IMG/VR virus record: IMGVR_UViG_3300030330_005386
Coordinates: 1 to 38,904 of that record
DNA length: 38,904 nucleotides
Direction: 5' to 3' (one strand)
From: a virus
Numbering within the stretch: the stretch's first letter is position 1; the number at the start of each line of letters is the position of its first letter. The notes beneath the pieces were generated by a model. It saw only the letters and a program-made list of their open reading frames with translations. It was not told the DNA's origin and made no database searches. Position numbers and translations under genes: made by a program. Shown piece after piece: positions 27,531 to 34,442 of the stretch.

Positions 27531-28471
27531 CTCTCTGCCAGTTTCTGGAAGTAGGAGAGTGCATCGTCTTCATCATCATCCTTAGATGCAACTGGGGTAG
27601 ATGCAGTGATGTCAGGAGAGTTGAAGTCAGGCTTAGAGCGTGACAGAGACTCTTGAATCTGACGCTCTGCAGATTCTTTTGCTGCATAGTCATCATACTC
27701 AGTCTCTTCATCAGCAGGAGAAGGAGTACGAGACTTCTGTCCCAGGACATACTTGAGACGACGCTCAAGATCTTCATAGGACTTGAACTGATCTTCAGCA
27801 GTCAGTCCAGCAAGAGAGTATTGCTTCTTCCAGATTGCTTCCATAGCATCATCATCGCTCAGCAGAGGAGCAGGTGCTTCAAACTCAGACTTATCATAGT
27901 TCCAGTAACCATCCTTCTTGACAATCTTCAGTTTGAAGTTTGCACCTTGCCAAAAGTCAAAAGGATTGATGGGAGTTTCATCTTCAAACTCAGGTTGCAT
28001 TGCTTCCATGATCTTGTCAAAGATCTTCTTACCGAACTTGTAGAGGAAGACACTACCTTCGTTGTGAGGATTGGTAGGATCTTTCACAACATAGACGTTT
28101 GCATAGTAAGACAGTTTACGCTTCTGCTTACGAACAACATCTTTGTTAGATTCAATACCGCTGTTCCACAGTTCGCGGTTGTGCTCTGACACAGGATCTT
28201 TCTGCCCCAGCGTTGTCAGAGAGTTCTCGATGTACCAACCACCAGGGCCTTGGAAGGCGTGGGAATACATCTTTGCCCAAGGGAGATCTTCTCCTTCAGG
28301 GGCAGGGAGGAAACGGAGTACAGCGAAACCGTTACCAACTTTATCGACTTCGGGTTTCCAAAGACGATCATCGCCTCCACTAGCGGTGTTGTTCATCTTC
28401 TCAACTTCCTTGACAAGTTTGGAAGTCAGAGAACCGATAGAGGATTGCTTTTTGAGATCAGAAAAGGACAT
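27527..28471 (-). CDS. gp32: gp32 single-stranded DNA-binding protein (314 aa)
   Basis: WKPEVDKVGNGFAVLRFLP...WYIEN...KRKLSYYANVYVVKDPTNPHNEGSVFLYKFGKKIFDKI closely parallels T4 gp32 (WKLKLDNAGNGQAVIRFLP...[38 protein letters not shown]). The C-terminus is acidic. Confidence 0.9.
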   Translation of the reverse strand: MSFSDLKKQSSIGSLTSKLVKEVEKMNNTASGGDDRLWKPEVDKVGNGFAVLRFLPAPEGEDLPWAKMYSHAFQGPGGWYIENSLTTLGQKDPVSEHNRELWNSGIESNKDVVRKQKRKLSYYANVYVVKDPTNPHNEGSVFLYKFGKKIFDKIMEAMQPEFEDETPINPFDFWQGANFKLKIVKKDGYWNYDKSEFEAPAPLLSDDDAMEAIWKKQYSLAGLTAEDQFKSYEDLERRLKYVLGQKSRTPSPADEETEYDDYAAKESAERQIQESLSRSKPDFNSPDITASTPVASKDDDEDDALSYFQKLAES

Positions 28472-28515
28472 TGTTCTTGTATTAGTGGGATTTGGCTTTT
28501 GGGTACTTCGTTATT

Positions 28516-28860
28516 CTACACGTCCGAACCCTGGGTGTCAATCTGCTGCTTCATGGCGTCGAGCATCTTTCCCATATTAGAAAAGATGACACTGATGTCA
28601 ACGTCTTTCGGCAGCCCCATCATTGTAGCAGATTCTACGATGCGAGATTTCATCATCTTGGCTTCGGGATCATCAGACAAACTCAATCTCGTATAGAGAA
28701 TCTTTTGCTTGTCCAGCAGTTTCTCTAGAAGCGCAACATGGAATTTCTTCTCCTCTTTATTCATGGAGGGGAATTTAAAAACATTACTGTAAACTTCTTC
28801 CTGAAGTTCTTGAATCTCCGTCATTTCTGCACGGACAACTTCGGAATCAAAAAAACTCAT
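28516..28860 (-). CDS. Hypothetical small helical protein (114 aa) inserted between gp59 and gp32
   Basis: ORF with a 4-nt overlap to gp59. The N-terminal MSFFDSEVV and overall size remind me of a small cyanobacterial DUF family (possibly DUF1825). This is unverified. Confidence 0.5.
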   Translation of the reverse strand: MSFFDSEVVRAEMTEIQELQEEVYSNVFKFPSMNKEEKKFHVALLEKLLDKQKILYTRLSLSDDPEAKMMKSRIVESATMMGLPKDVDISVIFSNMGKMLDAMKQQIDTQGSDV

Positions 28861-29456
28861 GCTTCTCCTAAAACTACTTCCTTAAGTATTTTTTTGTAAC
28901 GAAATACATCAATATTTAGGAAGGGTGTATACTTTCTTATTTTCAAACTTACGGATGTCCACACTGGATCAGTAAGTTGTTTGTCCCAGTTCGTTTTATA
29001 ACCAAGGATAAGATTCAAGATCACCATGGTTTCGATGGACACATTACCTCTCAGATATTCTTTGAGAATTTGTGGGTGTCTCGATCCATCCAAGGCAAAC
29101 ATTGAATCAAAGTTATTGTCACCAAATACTTTATCAGTCTCTTCCTTAAACAAATAGGATAGAGACTGAGTACGTTTTTTCCATGACATGTATCTATCTT
29201 CACCCTCTCGGATCATCTCTCCGATCCAAAGTTTTGCTGGATCAGTACAGTCGATGAAGTTAGATACAAAAAATTCGATTACTTCTTTGTCTGATTTGTT
29301 TCTAGCAAGTTTCTCAAACCAGAAGCGATCCTTTCGTTTGTAAAACGATTTTACTGTAGCACGACTCTTACCACAGTACTTATGATAATCATACTTCTCT
29401 TTAGTAAAGTGATTCTTTAAAGAGAGGTATGATTTATAGGCATCAAACGGCATCAC
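28857..29456 (-). CDS. gp59: gp59 helicase-loading protein (199 aa)
   Basis: YKSYLSLKNHFTKEKYDYHKY...YKRKDRFWFEKLA...FVSNF...LWIGE parallels T4 gp59 (YKLYLMIKQHMNGKYDVIKY...YQKRRDKYFFQKLS...FISNL...AWIGD). Confidence 0.75.
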   Translation of the reverse strand: MMPFDAYKSYLSLKNHFTKEKYDYHKYCGKSRATVKSFYKRKDRFWFEKLARNKSDKEVIEFFVSNFIDCTDPAKLWIGEMIREGEDRYMSWKKRTQSLSYLFKEETDKVFGDNNFDSMFALDGSRHPQILKEYLRGNVSIETMVILNLILGYKTNWDKQLTDPVWTSVSLKIRKYTPFLNIDVFRYKKILKEVVLGEA

Positions 29457-30036
29457 GTTTATTAATATTGAAGGCCAGAGTAATTCTTTCTTTAGATGAT
29501 GTCTGTTCTTTTACATGGTGCCAAACATGACTAGGGAACATAATCATAGTTCCATTTTCGCCTTTATAAGAACAGTTATATTCATCAAAGTGAACTGGAT
29601 GATTATGATTCTGATAGTATATCACACCCGAAAGTAATCCACCATGAAAATGAGATGGATTATCATCACCCTTATAAGAAAAGTTTGTCCAGATATCATA
29701 CCCATCAAAATGTCCATCCCATTTTCTCAACTTAAAGTCGCGATGGTGGGCACCCATTCCCCAATACTTTGAAGTAAGTCTCATAACCCATGCCAACCAA
29801 AACGATTGCTCAATAAGATGTGGTGAGATAGAACACTGATATGAGTTATGTTTCTTACCATCTTTGGCAAGATACCCATAATTCTCATGTGCTTTAAGTT
29901 CTGATAGAGGATGATTTTTAAATCTTTTACTTTCTTTTACCCAAAGATCAATCTCTTTTATGATAGGTTTGGGTATACGAATCACCATCACAGGACATCC
30001 ATCCTGCAATTTTTTCATTTCTAAAATGCCATTCAT
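29443..30036 (-). CDS. 2OG-Fe(II) oxygenase superfamily protein (197 aa)
   Basis: PSHFHGGLLSGVIYY...MIMFPSHVWHHV matches the H.H...SGV.Y...FPS..WH.V pattern of the small 2OG-Fe(II) oxygenases common in cyanophages. Confidence 0.65.
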   Translation of the reverse strand: MNGILEMKKLQDGCPVMVIRIPKPIIKEIDLWVKESKRFKNHPLSELKAHENYGYLAKDGKKHNSYQCSISPHLIEQSFWLAWVMRLTSKYWGMGAHHRDFKLRKWDGHFDGYDIWTNFSYKGDDNPSHFHGGLLSGVIYYQNHNHPVHFDEYNCSYKGENGTMIMFPSHVWHHVKEQTSSKERITLAFNINKRDAV

Positions 30037-30037
30037 G

Positions 30038-30322
30038 TCAAAGAGGTAGTTTCGCTCGGGAGGTTCTCTTCAAAAAGTTTAACTCCATTGCTTCATATTT
30101 CAACTTCTCTTTCAGAGGTTTTGAAATCAGTTTGGGTACGGACTCCACGTCAATTGAGTTCATCTCACAGAAATGAACAATCGCATCAATATAACTCATG
30201 TCCTCATTGTCAAGGACAAGTTTCTCAATATCCTGCGCGAACTTTGACGGGCAGAAGAATTTCTTTTCTAGTGCTTTCTCTAGTTCATTCTCCATTCTCT
30301 GTCCTAGTATTGTGATGTACAA
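30038..30322 (-). CDS. gp33: gp33 late-transcription accessory protein (94 aa; may start at Met10, 30295)
   Basis: MSYIDAIVHFCEMNSIDVESVPKLISKPLKEKLKYEAMELNFL aligns with T4 gp33 MSYLEATTAFLEENSIPETQFAKFIPSGIIEKIQSEAIDENLL. Confidence 0.65.
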   Translation of the reverse strand: MYITILGQRMENELEKALEKKFFCPSKFAQDIEKLVLDNEDMSYIDAIVHFCEMNSIDVESVPKLISKPLKEKLKYEAMELNFLKRTSRAKLPL

Positions 30323-30968
30323 ATTCCTTGATGTAACGAACTAGAAGCTTAATATAATCGTCTTTGTTCCGTTTGTCAAACACCTTGACTTCGCCACCAG
30401 GAGTTACCATGAGAGTAATTAGTTTTTTAACTGGAATACCAGTCATCTCATAGTAGGCACATGCATAAAATGTTTCTTGGACAAAGTAGTTCTCCAACCA
30501 CTTCTCAGGTTTAATCTTTTCAGATGTCTTAAAATCTATGACTGCTAGTTCTCCTTCGTACTCACCGATGCAGTCTACTCTACCTGCCAACCCAAGGTAC
30601 TCTGAATATAGAGTTCTTTCAATAGCATGTACGTTATTTATCTTATCCAGATATGGCTTGGCATGATGAAACATAAACTGTGTCATAGGACGAAACTCAT
30701 CCCAGTTCAGTTGTAGATTCATTAGGTATGCTTGTGCTGCTTCGTGGAAATCAGTTCCCCGTGCAGTTGCTTTCTTGGTGATGCGATTTGCTTCTTCAAT
30801 ACCAACTCGCTTCCTCCACTTTGCGAAGATCTCTCTGTTATAGAAAGATGTCACAGAAGTAATAGAGGGCACCCACTGTCCATCAGGAAGATTGTAGAAG
30901 CGGATACCCTGTGTTTCTTTTTTGTTTAGTTCAATGTCACCTAGAAAATTATGATGAGTGAAGTTCAT
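30285..30968 (-). CDS. PD-(D/E)XK family exonuclease (227 aa)
   Basis: Motifs GRVDCIG, VIDFKTSEK and QETFYACAY give the D...(D/E)xK...QxxxY arrangement of RecB/YqaJ-like nucleases. Confidence 0.6.
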   Translation of the reverse strand: MNFTHHNFLGDIELNKKETQGIRFYNLPDGQWVPSITSVTSFYNREIFAKWRKRVGIEEANRITKKATARGTDFHEAAQAYLMNLQLNWDEFRPMTQFMFHHAKPYLDKINNVHAIERTLYSEYLGLAGRVDCIGEYEGELAVIDFKTSEKIKPEKWLENYFVQETFYACAYYEMTGIPVKKLITLMVTPGGEVKVFDKRNKDDYIKLLVRYIKEFVHHNTRTENGE

Positions 30969-31717
30969 AGATTAAGATCTGTTTTCGCAAGCAAGTATTC
31001 TTTACAGAGTCCAGAACGGACAATATCTTCAACACCAAATTCAATGATGTCAACGGATGGCATTACTCTGAGAATTTTCATGAAATCAGCGATTCCATTT
31101 CTTTCATTCTGTTTAACCAAGTCAGTCTGAGTAGCGTCACCACAGAACATGATCTTAGTATCTTCACCAACCCTAGTAATAATACTATCAAGTTCGTGGA
31201 AGTTCAAGTTCTGATACTCATCAACAATGATGATTGCTTTATCAAGAGTTGTACCTCGAATGAATGAGGTGCTCCAGAAACTAATAGTGCCCTGAGTCTT
31301 CAGATTACCATATAGCATTTCAAAGTCTGTCTCTGTTGGAAGAGAGAACATATACTTTACCATATTCTTATAAGGAATCTGGTAGATGTCAGACTTATCT
31401 TCATGATCTCCAGGGAGGAAACCAATCTCTCTGGTAGCTACAAGTGAACGAACGATGTAAATCTTTTCGTAAGGAGATCTTTCATCCAATACATCTCTCA
31501 ATGCATTATAAAGAGTAATGAAAGTTTTACCTGTTCCTGCTGCACCATACGCGACTAGATTTTTATCATTGGCGTATGCATCAAATAGTTTTTCTTGATT
31601 TTCAGTGAGGGGATCAATGTCCCTCATCAGTTCAGTATTAATTGGTTTGCGGCGTTTCATCTGCTTAGCAGTTAAACCGACACCAATAGGTTGATCTCTT
31701 TTTCTTTTGGCAGGCAT
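30965..31717 (-). CDS. phoH: PhoH-like ATPase (250 aa)
   Basis: Walker A AYGAAGTGKTF and Walker B-like IIIVDEYQN. Size and context are typical of cyanophage phoH. Confidence 0.85.
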   Translation of the reverse strand: MPAKRKRDQPIGVGLTAKQMKRRKPINTELMRDIDPLTENQEKLFDAYANDKNLVAYGAAGTGKTFITLYNALRDVLDERSPYEKIYIVRSLVATREIGFLPGDHEDKSDIYQIPYKNMVKYMFSLPTETDFEMLYGNLKTQGTISFWSTSFIRGTTLDKAIIIVDEYQNLNFHELDSIITRVGEDTKIMFCGDATQTDLVKQNERNGIADFMKILRVMPSVDIIEFGVEDIVRSGLCKEYLLAKTDLNL

Positions 31718-31720
31718 AGA

Positions 31721-31969
31721 TTAAACAGGCTTGACGTTGGAACCGGGATACTTGGATGCACGATGCAAAACATCGTTCCACCCAGGATGAGACTTTTTGA
31801 GTTTGTCGTAAACTTCTCCAATCTCAGCGCAACTAGGTGCGGTGGTTGGATCACTCCAGTCTCTTTGCCATTCAGGATTGTCTTCTAACCACTGATCCCA
31901 TTCATGAACGCTAAGTTTGACATCCTTTTGTTCACCAGTTTCCTTATTAATAACAGGGTATGTAGCCAT
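31721..31969 (-). CDS. Hypothetical protein (82 aa)
   Basis: ORF with AATAAATA 22 nt upstream. It is Trp/acidic-rich and I recognise no motif. Confidence 0.5.
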   Translation of the reverse strand: MATYPVINKETGEQKDVKLSVHEWDQWLEDNPEWQRDWSDPTTAPSCAEIGEVYDKLKKSHPGWNDVLHRASKYPGSNVKPV

Positions 31970-31990
31970 AGAAATTAACTTACGATGTAA

Positions 31991-31998
31991 TATTTATT
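31991..31998 (-). promoter_or_regulatory. Late-promoter-like motif AATAAATA
   Basis: Minus-strand AATAAATA overlapping the thyX stop codon, 22 nt upstream of the ATG at 31969. Confidence 0.3.
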
Positions 31999-32633
31999 CA
32001 CCACTCTAGTGCTTCAGCAATAGAAGGGAATTGTTCTTTGAATACACGCTTGGCATCATTAGCAATGTCCATGTGCTCCTTCTGTGTGCCATTAGCAGAG
32101 CGCAGATCGATATAATGGATCCACGACCTAATAGATCCCGTCATGTAGAGTCTTGTGGGCACGGCGAGGGGAAGCACAAAACGCGAACACTCCTTTGCGA
32201 TTCCCTCACGGATCAGTTCGTTGTAGAGATCCATACCTTCATTGAAGTATGCTTCAATACGTTGCTGCAAGAACTTAGTTTTCTCAGGATCAACATCATC
32301 GATAGAGTTCTGACGATTCTTTTCATCCTGACGACGCAGTTCAGGAATTGGAATACCAGCATCCAACCAGTTGACATCAGCATACCGTTGGGAAAACTCT
32401 TGATATGTGAAACTACGGTGACGCAGCACTTGAGCCGCAATTCCTCTGGTAGTATTCAATTCAAGAGTCATGAACGCTTGTTCAAAGATACTCCAGTGTT
32501 GATGCTTGATACAATACTTCAGCAGTCCAGAAAACTTTTCGTTTTCCTGATTTTGTGGATTGCTTACGCGAGCACAATAGGCAATGTGTTTCTCCGCGTC
32601 AGGAGTTACACTGATCAGTTTTACGTCGTTCAC
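31998..32633 (-). CDS. thyX: Flavin-dependent thymidylate synthase ThyX (211 aa)
   Basis: Carries the ThyX signature RHRSFTYQEFSQRY (RHR..S....S.R). Length is typical. Confidence 0.9.
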   Translation of the reverse strand: MNDVKLISVTPDAEKHIAYCARVSNPQNQENEKFSGLLKYCIKHQHWSIFEQAFMTLELNTTRGIAAQVLRHRSFTYQEFSQRYADVNWLDAGIPIPELRRQDEKNRQNSIDDVDPEKTKFLQQRIEAYFNEGMDLYNELIREGIAKECSRFVLPLAVPTRLYMTGSIRSWIHYIDLRSANGTQKEHMDIANDAKRVFKEQFPSIAEALEW

Positions 32634-32757
32634 TTAGTTTTAGTTCTTTCTTTACAAGTTTAGCATACATCACATCCTCTTGGGAATACCACTCAGGATG
32701 CTTCTTTGCTCGTTTAATGATTTTCTTTGCTGCCTTTTTGAGAGATAATTCTTCCAT
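32599..32757 (-). CDS. Possible 52-aa basic ORF filling the gap upstream of thyX
   Basis: ATG at 32757 is 5 nt after the upstream stop. It translates MEELSLKKAAKKIIKRAKKHPEWYSQEDVMYAKLVKKELKLSERRKTDQCNS. It overlaps the thyX start by 35 nt in another frame and is too short for the track. Confidence 0.35.
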   Translation of the reverse strand: MEELSLKKAAKKIIKRAKKHPEWYSQEDVMYAKLVKKELKLSERRKTDQCNS

Positions 32758-32762
32758 AGAAG

Positions 32763-32939
32763 TTAATCGGGGTAACCATCATCGTCTTCAAAAATTTCAT
32801 CGTAATCAGTTATTGCTGCGCTACTACCTTCGCTATTATATTTAGACACATCAGAATATACTTCAGATTCCAAAACATCTACCAAAGATTTAAGGTTACG
32901 GACAATGAGTTTGAGTCGTTCCTGTTGTTCTGCTTCCAT
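32763..32939 (-). CDS. Hypothetical acidic protein (58 aa, start revised to MEAEQQ)
   Basis: The track's longer form (start 32990) would be translated across a perfect terminator hairpin. The ATG at 32939 directly follows the U-tract. Confidence 0.5.
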   Translation of the reverse strand: MEAEQQERLKLIVRNLKSLVDVLESEVYSDVSKYNSEGSSAAITDYDEIFEDDDGYPD

Positions 32940-32962
32940 AAAAAAAGGGGGCATATGCCCCC
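32940..32962 (-). terminator. Strong intrinsic terminator
   Basis: Minus strand reads GGGGGCAUAUGCCCCC (a perfect palindrome) followed by UUUUUUU, 28 nt after the stop of the 55-aa ORF. Confidence 0.8.
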
Positions 32963-32990
32963 AGTATATCATATTTGATTTGTAAGTCAA

Positions 32991-33158
32991 TCACTTGAAG
33001 TAGGTTTGTCCGCGATAAGTAAACTTACCGTGAACTTCCTGTACAGGTGCAGCGAACTTCTTAGTCACAATACCACGATAGGCAGTGTGATTAATTTGAG
33101 CGTCGTGCAGGGCAGATGCTTTATCGATCTGCTTCTTGATCATGTTGAGTGTGTTCAT
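32991..33158 (-). CDS. 55-aa peptide with two YRG motifs (DUF4278-like?), downstream of riboswitch-like leader
   Basis: AGGAG, 7 nt, then ATG. Translation is MNTLNMIKKQIDKASALHDAQINHTAYRGIVTKKFAAPVQEVHGKFTYRGQTYFK. It is bracketed by its own promoter and terminator and is not in the ORF track (under 60 aa). Confidence 0.65.
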   Translation of the reverse strand: MNTLNMIKKQIDKASALHDAQINHTAYRGIVTKKFAAPVQEVHGKFTYRGQTYFK

Positions 33159-33191
33159 AGTAGTACTCCTAAAGTAGTGGATTTTTAGGCC

Positions 33192-33276
33192 CGTTCCTTT
33201 AGTCGTTTGCGTCCGTCCGAAGACGGATGAACGATCCGTTCCGCGACTTACTTGCGTCCAGTTTCCTGGATGAACG
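33192..33276 (-). ncRNA. Tandem glutamine-riboswitch-like aptamers (glnA / Downstream-peptide RNA family) in the 5' leader
   Basis: Unit 1 (33276..33237) is CGUUCAUCCAG-GAAA-CUGGACGCAAGUAAGUCGCGGAACG. Unit 2 (33233..33192) is CGUUCAUCCGUC-UUCG-GACGGACGCAAACGACUAAAGGAACG. They share a CGUUCAUCC...GGACGCAA...GGAACG core, CGUUC/GAACG closing pairing, and different but fully paired internal hairpins. Confidence 0.65.
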
Positions 33277-33283
33277 TAGGGTT

Positions 33284-33312
33284 ATTATACCCTTCATAGA
33301 TTATATAGTCAA
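33284..33312 (-). promoter_or_regulatory. Near-consensus sigma70-type (early) promoter
   Basis: Minus strand reads TTGACT (33312..33307), a 17-nt spacer, then TATAAT (33289..33284). The first aptamer starts about 8 nt downstream. Confidence 0.7.
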
Positions 33313-33337
33313 GTAATTTTGTAATTTGTGATACAGT

Positions 33338-33574
33338 TTATACAAACATCCCGGTATCAGACATGTACTTGAGAGTCTCTTTCAAATTACCACGATGATT
33401 CAAACCAATAGCAACCTGAGGGTACTCTGCTTCACTACCAAACTCTGCACGAAACTGTCTATCACTAAAGTCTGCACCAAGTACGAACTCTCTCACCTCT
33501 TGTCCACATGCCTCAAGAACCATCTTGGCTCTTTCAGATTCTTGACTACCATTACTATAAACAAGTGCTTGCAT
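33338..33574 (-). CDS. Glutaredoxin-fold protein lacking active-site cysteines (78 aa)
   Basis: It aligns along its whole length with the CPYC glutaredoxin at 36112..36351 (F.E..LG.DF...F...FG....P.V......G...ET.KY). It has GSQES where the paralogue has GCPYC. Confidence 0.65.
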   Translation of the reverse strand: MQALVYSNGSQESERAKMVLEACGQEVREFVLGADFSDRQFRAEFGSEAEYPQVAIGLNHRGNLKETLKYMSDTGMFV

Positions 33575-33888
33575 TAGTCTCTTTGCCTCCAGTCATCAGG
33601 TTTATCTCTTTGAAACCAATCTACAATTTCATCTGCACTATCAAATCCCGTTTTATGATTGGATGGATCGGGATCGCCTAGTCCCATCCTATTCATAAAA
33701 TCCTCAACACTTCCCTCTTCAATATCCTGGGATGCTTGACGACGTGCCTGTTGCAACCAATCTCTAGCAAGAGTATGTGCTTTGGCAAGTTTCTCTGCCC
33801 AGATCATATCCTCTAGAGGAACTTGTTCCTTATTAGCGATGCAACGACAGATAGACTCCAAACGAAGTCGATACGCGGTAGAAAGCAT
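33574..33888 (-). CDS. Hypothetical protein (104 aa)
   Basis: ORF with a 1-nt overlap to the downstream gene. No motif recognised. Confidence 0.5.
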   Translation of the reverse strand: MLSTAYRLRLESICRCIANKEQVPLEDMIWAEKLAKAHTLARDWLQQARRQASQDIEEGSVEDFMNRMGLGDPDPSNHKTGFDSADEIVDWFQRDKPDDWRQRD

Positions 33889-33889
33889 T

Positions 33890-34087
33890 TTAGTTCCGTT
33901 TGAGTTTGTCTTTTAGATCAAGAACCTTATTCACCTCATCGACAGCAGCAGACATCCTATCACCTAGGATATCCATGATATCTTCGTAGATTATTTCATT
34001 ATCCACGTAGTCATCGAAGTATGTGTCGATTGCCTCTTTGAGATACCTCTTTCGATGCCACTCAGGAGAATAAGGTTTGTAAGTCAT
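33890..34087 (-). CDS. Hypothetical acidic protein (65 aa)
   Basis: ORF tightly packed with its neighbours. No motif recognised. Confidence 0.45.
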   Translation of the reverse strand: MTYKPYSPEWHRKRYLKEAIDTYFDDYVDNEIIYEDIMDILGDRMSAAVDEVNKVLDLKDKLKRN

Positions 34088-34112
34088 GATAAAATCATAT
34101 GTGGATATTTAG

Positions 34113-34442
34113 TTACCGTTCAATGTAACTAAGGCTATGATGATCTGATTTTAACTGATGAATGATAATATCGCAACCCACCTTAGGTTCTGCGTCACCA
34201 CATGTAAATATATCTACTGCTGCTTCTCCTTTCTCAGGCCAAGTATGAATACTAATATGACTCTCAGCAAGAAGACAAACAGCAGTCACGCCGTATGGTT
34301 CAAACTTTTTTGAGATAGTTTGAACTACTGTTGAACCACTTGCTTCCGCAGCAATCTCCAACAATTCTCTTAGATACGTTTCATTATTCAGATTCTCAAA
34401 CTTACATCCATAAAGATTGAGGAGATAGTGCTTACCCATCAT
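34113..34442 (-). CDS. speD: S-adenosylmethionine decarboxylase proenzyme, compact form (109 aa)
   Basis: HYLLNLYGC...LLAESHISIHTWPE contains the E-S self-cleavage/pyruvoyl site and the HTWPE motif of class 1 AdoMetDC. Confidence 0.8.
   Translation of the reverse strand: MMGKHYLLNLYGCKFENLNNETYLRELLEIAAEASGSTVVQTISKKFEPYGVTAVCLLAESHISIHTWPEKGEAAVDIFTCGDAEPKVGCDIIIHQLKSDHHSLSYIER

Noticed and set aside
27523-28696. Several 84-178-aa ORFs on both strands overlapping gp32.
   Set aside because: gp32 is unambiguous by homology. The others are alternative-frame or antisense shadows with Arg/Leu/Ser-rich composition.
32940-32990. Longer 75-aa form of ORF 32763..32990.
   Set aside because: The extra 17 codons would be translated through a perfect GC hairpin plus U7 terminator. 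The internal ATG directly after the U-tract is the more sensible start.
33006-33188. 60-aa plus-strand ORF from the track.
   Set aside because: It is antisense to the 55-aa minus-strand ORF, which has the AGGAG Shine-Dalgarno sequence, promoter, leader RNA and terminator. The plus-strand ORF has none of these.
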